This document shows positions 1 through 13,900 of a stretch of 64,000 nucleotides of DNA, one piece after another. The notes below the pieces were generated by a model, which saw only the letters and a program-made list of their open reading frames with translations, was not told the DNA's origin and ran no database searches. Location of the stretch: contig DF237377.1 of NCBI GenBank assembly GCA_000708835.1, positions 1 to 64,000 of the forward strand. The letters run 5' to 3'. This stretch comes from Klebsormidium nitens. Taxonomy: Eukaryota; Plantae; Klebsormidiophyceae. The stretch's first letter is position 1; every line of letters begins with the position of its first letter. The position numbers and the translations under genes are program-made.

Positions 1-20
1 GTACCATGCAGACTCCAATT

Positions 21-213
21 CCGGTAACGCTAGCTTGCACTAAGTGCAGCTTGCACTACGATAAGCACCCGGGGGACGGGTGGGGTTAGTTTGGGGGTTA
101 GGGTGGGTGCGGGTGCGGAGCGCGTGATTTGTTTAGTTAGGGTTATTCGTTTGGATGCCCGGGAGCTATGTATCTTAGTGCAAGCGGCTCTTAGTGCAAG
201 CGAGCGTTGCCAG
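21..213. mobile_element. MITE-like element with ~55-bp imperfect terminal inverted repeats and G-rich core
   Basis: Left arm 21-73 matches the reverse complement of 158-213 (46/53 identical plus a 3-nt indel, hand alignment). Core 76-108 acgggtggggttagtttgggggttagggtgggt recurs at 33748-33780 (30/33). No clear target-site duplication. Confidence 0.55.
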
Positions 214-1796
214 TATACTCCTCCAGACTCCATGCGAGTAACTTGTAAGAGGCCGTACGGTAGATCGCCACGAAAGTCAAGGATGGGCAAATCGACTGCG
301 GAGTCGCTTTTTCATGGACGGACAGGAATGGCTGAATGAAGGCCGCGCGCGTGCTTTGCAGTTAGCCTGAGTCCCCGGCGCGGCTTAGGTCCTCGCGCCT
401 ACTAGTAGCAGGCCGGGCCGGTTGATACCGGGTTGTTCTCGTTCAATTATGGGCGTTCTCGCAGACCGGACGTTCGAAAGCAACCCAAACGCAACAGTCT
501 AGGTCTAGTACGGTTGAACAAGGGTATTAATCCACGACAGTTTTTCAATCTCGTAGCATTTATCATATTGTGCTTGACGATCTTCGATTCAGTTAGGCTG
601 TAGGTCAGTGCAATGATGCATCATGGGAGACGCATCATGCATTGCATTCCGTGCCTCGACTCAAGAAGCTTACGGAGAGGGAATTGCAGGTCAGACTTCA
701 ACCTTTTTCTTTTACCGAATACAAAATGTTCTTCGGGCCTATATGCAGCCCGTTGCCACCCGCTATATATGAACATGTCATTCAGTGGCCAGAAAATTCC
801 TGCCTAAATGTCTTGCTCAACAGATGGCAGTTCATGCCGCGCGAGCAGTGCGGCGCAGGCAAGCTATGGTTACCTTTGTCTTCTAGAGCTTCAAGAATAT
901 CTTGGACTTCCCGAAAAATACGTACAGAGCTAATAGCTACCATATATAGGGACTGCACGAAGCACATCGATTCAACTTCGTATGTGTTGCACACATGCCA
1001 GCAGTCTGACGGGTTCACACCTGTAGAATGATCGTTGAAGCAAGGCGCGGACATGCATGTCAATTGCGAGGTAGGTGTGTATGACCTTTTCAGACTCATT
1101 CTGGGATACTAAGGCATCGTGTCAGAACACATGTGCGAATCCCCTCGGAACCGCACTAGCTCGAGGGTTCAAAGGATGCTTAAAAACAGACCGGGTTATG
1201 CTCCCGGGCCACCTCCTTTTATCGAGCAATAAAGTCGGTGATAAATCACTAGTAGTGGAAGTTGATTAAAAAGCGATCAAGCAAATTTATATGGTTGCGC
1301 CGTTATCATCGAATGAAGGAGATAAAACCAGGTAGCCCTTATTGTTAAGTTTGCAAAAGGGAACCATTATAAGGGTACGGAACTCCGAAAATCGGCCGTC
1401 GTGTGCTTCCAAGTGCATCCAAGGATCCCGTAGAAAGATGGGATTCTTAGTCTGTTTCTGGTGGAGGTACGCGCCTGATAGACTGGTGTTGCACACCGTC
1501 TCCCCCATATTCAAATTGGTTGACATGACCACCAAACCACATGAGGGACGCACTGTTGCATGCAGCCTGCGCAGCCCGCCTTCCCCGGCCCTACCGACGG
1601 CAAAGATCACCGAACGACCCCAATCGGATGCTGTCCGTTCGGGGCAACATTAGACGAGAATATGCTCACTGATTAGTATCCAGCTTTGGAGCCTTTGTCA
1701 CTGTACGTTTCATCCACATTTTACAGCACATGCTACACTATCCAAGAATGATTGGCTATTTGTTAGTAAGTACAAGGAGAGGTGACCCTGGCAGGG

Positions 1797-5177
<3,381 letters not shown>

Positions 5178-5926
5178 TGCTTCTTCCCCTCCTGATCTTC
5201 TCCAACTCCCCCTATGAAAGAAGGTGTTCCAAACTTGCGCCTTTTGAGAGCTGCCCTGCAGTTGTATTGTTCTGCTCTTGGTTCCCTACTGTTGCACCTA
5301 GATCCAAGGCCCGATTAGATGTTGCAAGTAAATAAGCACACAACAGGTCTATCAAAGAAACTGTCCAACATTTGCACAACGCCCATTTCGTCAAGCGCCT
5401 GCAGCCCTGATGCATTTCTGGAAGGCCCCGATCAGCCCTGCTCTGTCGCCTGAGAAACAATGCTTTCTGACGCCTTCCTCAACCCGGCTGGTTTCGACCA
5501 TGCCAGCTGTGCAGTTGTTGTGAGGAGCAAGCTGTGCGATGCCAGCTGTGCAATGAGGTTTGTCCTGGAAGGAAGCAGAAGTTGAACGGTTTTGCATCAT
5601 ATTCGGGCGCATACCATTTTGCCAGAGCAAATTGCGACAGAGCCTCAAGCGATATGCGGAGCGTATCGAATCGATGAAGCTTTGATTGCAAGTCAAAACA
5701 GGTGCGATAAAGACGACGCAAGACGACGCATTTGCTGATAAGCGAGCATGGCTTGCCCTAATATGAGTGCCAATCTGCAACTTCATGGACAAGGACCGCT
5801 GTCGGTGTTTCTTTTCACTTTCCGCCACCATTCTGGCATCATGATCAGGAGACGAGGCCAGCCAGTACGTTGCATTTCATTCTTTATCTTGTAGGGTGCT
5901 TTGGTCAAGTTCGAAGCAGAATCAAG

Positions 5927-7700
5927 ATGGTGAACCAGGCAGATGGAGCAGCCACCTTGAGTATACCCCCAGATGCTGAGGACGACACTCCCCTTGACGT
6001 GACCGACTCGTTGAGCGGGAGCACGCTCGCCGCTCTTCAAGAGTTTCTTGCAGAGCAGAAGCAGGCCGCAGAGAATGCCGAGGGGGACCCCTTTGCAGAG
6101 GACTGGGGCTTGTCGCAGTTTTGGTACACCCGAGAGACTGCACACAAAGTGGCAGAGGAGGTGGTTGAGAAAAGCGACGGGGGCCGGCAGCCAATCGCCT
6201 GTGTGGCGTGTCCTTCTCTCTTCAGAGAACTGAAGGTGCGGCAGCGGCGGATTTAGCATATTTTATCAGCTGTGCAACTACTTGAGCAACACCCACACTT
6301 CGTGATTCTCAAAGCTGTCAAGCTCGCTTTCGAGTAAGTTCGATGATGCTGCATCATTACATGAGTTGCTAATAGGAGATGACGTAAAAGTATAGTGTGT
6401 AATTTGGCGTGCTTGTTTATGTGCTAACATAATTTGTGTCTTGTGATCTACCCATGAGGGCCTTGCTAGAAGCTGGGGCGCATACAGCCCCAAAAGTAAG
6501 AAGGGGGAAGCGAGGAGCAGGTATCTTTCTGTCTGTAAGCTTTCTCTACTTCACTGCCACTCATCAAGAGAAAGCTGCAACTTCCCCCTTAAAAGTTGAC
6601 ATAATATTCCTGGCACAGTCCAAGTTGTCCTTGCTCGCCGTCCTTCTTACTTCAGCTGCCTTGTCTGCAGGCTTCCTTCCCAGAAGCAAACGTGCATCTC
6701 TTCGAGTTCGATAACCGCTTCAGCAGTTTTGGGTCCCAGTTCACGTTCTATGATTACAACAAGCCGGTGCGACTGCCAGCGGAGCAAAAGGGGCACTTCC
6801 AAGTAGTTGTGGCTGACCCTCCCTACCTGGTAAGACACCCGATATCTATGGTTAGTACTCGTTTAAGACTTTTCTGATGCAATGATGTTGAAAGCCTGTC
6901 TTATGACTCCTCCTCGAGATGTAGCACAGGTTGACGGGGCCAGGTTTCATTCCCACTGGTTGGAAACAATTGCGTGCATGACTGAGAGCCTTCAATCTAG
7001 GTCAGAACAAGGCTAAGTATTTTCAAAAGGTAGAGGGAGGCCTGAACTGTTTTATGTCTTCTTACTGCAGAGTGACGAGTGCATACAGAAAACCGCTCAG
7101 ACAGTCGAGTACCTATCCTGCTCCAATGCTTCACGACTCATTCTCACAGGTGAGCCTCCTATCGTTCTTCGCGTCCTGTTGTAATCCTATTTCGCAATTT
7201 TATCTTTCCTTCTTCGTTTCGATTCAACAACCGGGTCAGGCCATGTACTTTCGAGGTACGGAAAGAGTTATTTCGGATCCCACGTCTCAGAGGTGGGAGG
7301 TTCGAAATGTCGAGGAGACCTGAATCACGGGGCAGTTCTTTCCTGCATTCACTTGTTGCAAAGAAGGAAAACGTATTGCTTCGAAGTCTCAGCCTAAACA
7401 TAGTCCTATGTTTCAAATCTGAAGTTCCATACGACAGTTGTTTGTTTCGGTCTTGTCCAACGTTGTCCTCGACCAAAGAGTGTGTCTGCTAGCACCTGTT
7501 CAAAATTCTCTTATCACAGTCTATCTGTTGTCATTCCAGGTGCTGTACAGAGGGACCGGGTCTGGAAATACTTAGGCATGCGCCCATGTGTTTTTCGACC
7601 AGAACATCAGAAGAAGCTAGGCAACGAATTCCTTGTGTACACCAACTACGAGGCATGTCAAAGACTGGGTGGCTGGGACAAGAGTTTGATCGATCCATGA
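5927..7700 (+). CDS. EEF1AKMT1: EEF1A lysine methyltransferase 1 (N6AMT2/Efm5 family), 4 coding exons
   Basis: Exons 5927-6235, 6671-6829, 7071-7149, 7540-7700. Motifs LSGSTLAALQEF, EDWGLSQFWY, IACVACPSLF, LFEFDNRF, VVVADPPYL, FRPEHQKKLGNEFLVYTNY. Confidence 0.93.
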
Positions 7701-8448
7701 CGTGGCTGCTTTTATAGGTATGTAGTTGAGTGGATTGAACGATCGAGCCGCCCATTCATGTATGGTTGAGCTTGTACGCTCTCATGCATGCATGCAGGCT
7801 ACAGCCTCATGATTGTTATTTAATTGTACACTAGCAGGATATATGCACAAATAGCTATAGCTAGACATACGCGAATTATATATGTCGACTGAGACAGCAT
7901 ATAAGCATGACTTGGTACGTCCACATTCATCAGATAGTATCCGACCAGGCGACATGCAATTATATATTACACCCTGCATCTTACGCGGTTTTGTGCCGCC
8001 AGGCTAAGCCCTGCATATGCAATTCTACTATGTTTGACTGAGCATGACCGGCGCGGCCTCAAAGATAAACTGGCCGTCACCAACAGTCAAAACCTGTGGT
8101 ATCGCAACTGCGGTACTTTGTGTCATATATACGTTGAGGATCTATGGGCCTAACATGCTGAGCTGCAACACATGGTTGTCAGATTTCCCATGCATCCCTG
8201 AACAAGCGAACAAAACGTTGAGGCTTGAAAGTTGTATATCAGTTGGGTACTCAAAAGCTCATGCTGATTGCGCTGCCTGAAGCAATGGTCGTTGACCTTG
8301 TCCTGCTTTCTATTTTTCGCAATTTGGTCGTGATAGTTCTGCACTTGCTCGGTTTTCCGACACAACGGCCATTCTATGTACATCCATTTAAGAAACAACT
8401 TATCCTACAGTCCCTGAACAATGTGTAATATCGACTTTCGAGCTTCAC

Positions 8449-10009
8449 TTAACCGATCCAATCCCACAGCTGATTTGTCAGGTCGAACTGAGAGATCTTC
8501 TTTGTATCGAAGTCGAAGTTTCGAATGTCCCCCTCTTCAATCTTTGTGATGTACCCTTTTACCCGCTCCTTTTCCTCGAAGTCCCATGTGATGGAAGATA
8601 TGTGCGCGAAAAGAGTGATCTCATATCTGCAGAAGATATTTTTTTGTCTTCAGCAAGTAAAATGGCAGTCAGGAGGAGATGAAGAAACGGACTCGAAACT
8701 TCCAGAGCAAGACCTGATCACAAGAGGGCGCAAGAGCTAACAGAGTGTTCTCAAGTGAAGATGGGGAATGATGGACATGGTTGATGCTTAACATAGCAGA
8801 GGGCTTTGATTAGATACTTGGTGATCTTTCCTGGCAAATACGGCCTGGTCTTGACCGAAGAGTAGCGTGGGCTGGACGTCGTAGGTATACTCACAATGTC
8901 TTTGGCATCTCCTCTTTGGCCAGGCTCTCCAGCTGCTTCCGCTTGGCCTCCAGGCTCTTGAACTGCTCGTCCAGGCCCTCTCGGTACTGCTCCAGCTGCG
9001 TGCTCCGGCAGGTCAAGGACAGCACGCACCCTTTTAATTGAGCATCCCCTGATTTTGCGCCGAATTTTGTGGTGCATTTTAGGCCTTTCAAGAGCATAGG
9101 TCCTGATATAAACGACAGAAGTAAAGCAATCCTGGTCGAACAACTCGAATCGCTGAACAACAAAAGGTGCGCATTCTGGCTCTCAATTGAAAATCATGCT
9201 CTCAACAGAACAAAAGATTGAGCGACAGAGCGAGGCGGAAGGTGCAGGACCTTATCCAAGCCGCGCCCCCATGTGATAAGATAGACCATGCTCTTGATAA
9301 GGAGGAGCCTGTAACTGGAGGATATTGCAAATCAAGCTGCAGCCGGTCGATGTTCTGCCAGGCCAGCCGTGCCTCCTCCTTGATGGCATCCACCCGCTCC
9401 TCATGCGCCGACTCTGGCTCCGGGGGTGTGGCGCGGCTCTCTGCCTCCCGCAGCTGTTCTTTCATCTCTGCACAAAGAGGGGCGCGAGGGACAAAATTAG
9501 GGTGCTTATATTTATGGGGCTTCTATGCCAGGATAACGCTCTGCTCAAGCGCACTCCAATGTATATGGATTGAGTATATGAGAGCAATCTTCGGCTTGGA
9601 CTTGAGTCAGAGAAGATGGCATGACAAGGTAAACTAGCATGGGCACTCATGAGATGATTCAAAGCACATCAACCAGTCTATCTGGCAGCAACCAGACCTT
9701 TACATGTGCTTTTATGCCCTGGTTATTTGCCCATTCTGGTGACCCTATCGAACTGACTATGACTCTTCGGACCAGCTCTGCTTTGCCATCATGACTTCAA
9801 CGCCTGGCCATTTCTTGAGGAGAATCAGCAGCACTGTCTTTACCTGCAAGCACATCCGCCATATGCCTCTCCCTGGATGCGATCAGCTGCATTGCCTCCT
9901 CACACTTCTTCTGAATCTTTACGATCCGGTCTGCATCTTCCCTGCTCTCAAAGACCCTCTGCAAATCCCCCATCACAGCAAGCGTCTCTTCGATCCCTGC
10001 AGGCGCCAT
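8449..10009 (-). CDS. SPC24: Kinetochore NDC80-complex subunit Spc24 (196 aa, 4 exons; intron 2 is AT-AC)
   Basis: Exons 10009-9844, 9467-9326, 8999-8895, 8626-8449. N-terminal coiled coil, then YEITLFAHISSITWDFEEKERVKGYI...FDFDTKKISQFDLTNQLWDWIG, typical of the Spc24 C-terminal globular domain. Confidence 0.8.
9000..9325 (-). other. U12-type (minor spliceosome) AT-AC intron
   Basis: 5' end ATATCCTCC, branch site TCCTTGAC (9019-9012) with the branch A 13 nt from the terminal AC. Splicing restores the frame (LDLQ/QLEQYREG). No suitable in-frame GT donor was found at this point. Confidence 0.85.
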
Positions 10010-10956
10010 TTTCAAACTTGGAAAGATTGACCTTGGTCCTCCCAGCAGCTTTCTGAGAGGTCCCCTCAGCCCCCTGATGTCCTCGTCAAGCTGCTCTTCT
10101 TTTGCGCTTCGTGTGCTGATATGCGCGCTCGCGCCGCCAAAGTAGGTGCAGAGAGAACAAGTTCAATGTCTCCTCAACAACTTCGAGTGGGTACCCGGTA
10201 GGTAATACATGGCTCCAGTACCGGTAGGCTGGAGCAAGGATTTGCGCATGGGCCCATGGTCGCCCCCAAACTGGCCAAGAGTCTGAATTTCAAAAGCAAA
10301 ACAACAGGTTCGTCAAAACATTTGTTTGTATAAGAATGGCGGGAATGCCAAACACAGCCGTTCGTTAACGTCTGACCGGACGGGTTGAAACAGCTGAAAG
10401 CTTGGAAGCGAGCAGCAGTTGTAATGTCAAACTCCTCTGTAGATCTGCGTTACGTTCAGAAGTCAGCCATCAGACACACCGTTTATGGGTTGCCGTCGAG
10501 GGTTAACCGGATTGTGGTAATACCTAGTACCTACTGCCATTGGTCAGAGTCTAATACTCTGACGCATGTTAAAGCAAATTGACAAACTCATAAAGATTGA
10601 AAGAAGTTCGTGAAGAGAGGAAGACTAGGATCCAGCTCGAAAGATGAGCGTCTCATGACGTCGTGTGTGTGCTGTCCAAGCTTGAAAGTTCTGCTTCAAG
10701 CAAGCACTGACCAGAAGTTTCATTGTGACTGAAAAGTTTCAGCTTGGGACGGCGCAGGTTTTCTGGTCCGACCGACCTTGGAGGAAGCGGTCAGAGGAAG
10801 GCCTCGAAGGAGTTCCATATCTGGGTCCAATCTGTACAGACAGTGGTTCCAAAGTGGTTAACTTTCCAGCTCCTGACAGCTGGATTTGGAGCAATCAAAA
10901 GAAAGTGATGGTCCTTCTTCCATGAACCTGGCAGCCAGTTAAACAACTTAAGCAAG

Positions 10957-13900
10957 ATGCAGAGACCGGTGCGGCAGCTATTTACATTGGCAGTGATCTG
11001 CGTCATCGCCCCCCTCATACATGCCCGCCCCGAACCCAATGACGTCAGCAAAGCTGGAATGACCCTGCGGATCCCGGAGCACCGAACGAAGGAGGCCTAC
11101 GTGACCCTCCTGTATGCGGAGGAGTTTCTGCTGGGGGTTAGGGTTTTGGGGCAGAGCCTGAGGGAAAGTGGAACTAAGAATGACCTGGTGGCCCTTATTT
11201 CAAAGGGAGTGACGGACAAGGGCGCGGAGCTATTGCAGGTAAGGGGTCGCACTATTGGCGACCAGCTCAAGTGTCGGTGTCGGTGGCAGATCCCTTGTTT
11301 TTGATCAGTGCCACTTTTGAATCTCCGATCGTGGCTCTTGGTCTTGTGGTACAAATGTAATGGGTGATGCAGGTTCAGCTGTTTGAGGACTGTGCTTACT
11401 TGAAATGGTAAACAGCTATGCACCCCTTTTGTATACTTTGTAGCTTGTTGGGCTTGAGGTGGTTTCCGTCGCTCTTGATTCTCCCATCGCTCGTAAGTCC
11501 TGGCTTACCAGCGATGGATAGGCCTGCTTTGATTGCAAACCACCTTTCGTGCTCTTGATTCTCGAGTGCAAGAGAACCTTGAGAAGGTAAAATCAACAGA
11601 TTGGTTTGACAAAGATGAGGAAAGTGATGCCCCAGCTCTAAGCAAGCTGCCTCCTTTTTGTCAGGCGGACGGCTGGATTGTGAAGCGGGTGGAACTGCTG
11701 TCAAACCCAAACTCCAAGCACCCGACGCGCTTCTGGGGCGTGTACACAAAGTTGACGATCTTCAACCTGGTGGAGTATGAGCGGGGTAGAATGCCATACA
11801 GTTCCAAGCTTTCTTCGAACTTCTTAAAAGAGAAAGTCGGGAGCAAGGCGCAGGGTGTCCCAGCTTGTGCACATTGACCGGAGTGCATCAGCTGGCTTGT
11901 TTTTGGAGATCTTCGCTTGGAGTTTGATGGAAACGAGAGGTTTGGCAGTATTTGAAGACAGCAATTATCAAAAGAGTGTTGCATCGACGGGATCAATCAA
12001 GTGTCATGCAAAAGATTCAAAATTTCATTGTTGCTGTAAATTATTCCAGGTTCCTTGGTCGTTTCTGCTCTTGGAGTTGTTTGAAGACTTTCACAACGGC
12101 CGCCAGCTGGCGGTGTGACTGAAATTGATGTCCAGATACTTATCGCAAGCCCACTCCGTATCTCGTTTTAACAAGGACCTTCCTTGTACAGACACTGACA
12201 TGGACCTGATATAGCAGAATGCGACAGATATGGCCCACTTGGTGTCCTTAAGTACCAGAGCACTCTAGCGTGGGGAATATACTAAAAAGAGTTGAACGTC
12301 TATGAGGAAAAGAACTGATAGTTCTTCTTAAGAACGGAGTGTGAATTCCATCCGCTTGACCTCCCTTCCTAGGCTAAAAGAATACTTTTGTCCAGGACCA
12401 GAACAAAGATCAGAGGCATACTAAGGCGTCGAGGCATCGCCTCAATCGCTCAGGTTCGAACATTCCGTATCTTTGGTGGCAGTCAAACCCAAAGACAATC
12501 CGTCCTTCCCACAGCCATGCAATGGGATTCTGTAATTCCAACCCGCTAACATGGGGCCTTGACCGTGCAGTAACGTACCTGGACGCCGACACGATCGTGC
12601 TGAAAAGCATCGACGACGTGTTCGGATGCAAAGGCTTCTGTGCGGTGCTGCGCCACTCGGAGCGCCTCAACTCCGGTTTCATGGTTGTGGAGCCGTCCAA
12701 GGAGCTGTTTGCCGATATGATGGACAAGATTGCTACCACGCCCTCCTACACAGGAGGTGAGCTGCGTTCGTATAGTCTTCTTATCCTTCCATGTTTCAAC
12801 GCATTGTTTTTCTTCGTTCTTCCATTGTTTCATGCTGCTTTCTTGTTCCTACTGTCAATAAGGTAATCGTCGACATGGTTTATATCTGTATCTGTTCTTT
12901 GATGTTTGAGAAGCTATTTTCAGACATATTGGACATGTTTCCGAAGATGCCCTCGTACACCGAAAGTGAGCTTTTGAGCAAAGCTTCTTTCTCCCCGCTT
13001 CTGTCATGTTCCATCGGTAGCCTTTTGTCGCCTTCCACGAATCCACTTGTAGACACGCCAAAGAAGTTTGCCACGATGCGTCAAACACTGAAGGTGAAAT
13101 TCTTTCTTCTCACTCCTCTCTTCACATCGCGCTCGATGTTCTTGCGCGATGTGGCACGCTGCCACGTCATCGTGGGACCGTCGGGCGCCGCTTTAGTGAC
13201 AGAGACTCAGAGGATGCATGCCTGTGGGCCGTCGATGCGGCTCTATTGGCGAAGTTGGAGGTCGACGAGTGGCCCGCGGAAAAGTTGCTGACGTCACTCG
13301 CTGCTGACTAATAGTCGCTGACGTCACCCCGCAGGCGATCAAGGTTTCTTGAACGAGTACTACGGAAACTTCATCAACGCGCCGCTGTACGACCCCGAGT
13401 TCCGGCCCGTGACGGACGACGAGACGGCGCACCGCCTGCCCACGCGCTTCAACGGGGACGTCGGGCTATACGTGCTGAACTCAAACAAGGTCAGCGTGCT
13501 AGAATGTTGACAAGTGGAGTCAGACACACCCTTTGGTATGAGTTCGGACCTCATGCTTCTCGGAATGCGCAAGAGAATATGCAGCGCCTGCCGACCCGCT
13601 TTAACGTGGAGTTGGGCTGTACGTGCTCAACTTTAGGAAGGTGGGGGGTACGAGATTGGCCTCAAAGTGCGAACAGATCTATGGTCTAAGTTGACAGGCC
13701 TACAGGGTCGCAGCAGTTCGGAATGGGCGGTAGATATTACGTGCCAGTTGCCCACAGCTTCAATGGAGACGTCCGTTTCTGCGTGCTGAATCGAACGGGC
13801 TAAGCCGGATGGCACTGTCAAAGCGTACTGCGGATTGCGTCTCAGAGGTGGCTTGTCGTGCGCTGTTGAGGTGCACAACGCCGTGTCGCTTCTATGATGC

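Noticed and set aside
600-1650. 100-130-aa ORFs on both strands
   Set aside because: No motifs or splice structure; probably intergenic or ARFB1 3'UTR.
13285-13334. Two TGACGTCA (CRE/as-1-like) palindromes
   Set aside because: They lie at an intron 3' end, where CTGAC is the expected branch-point motif.
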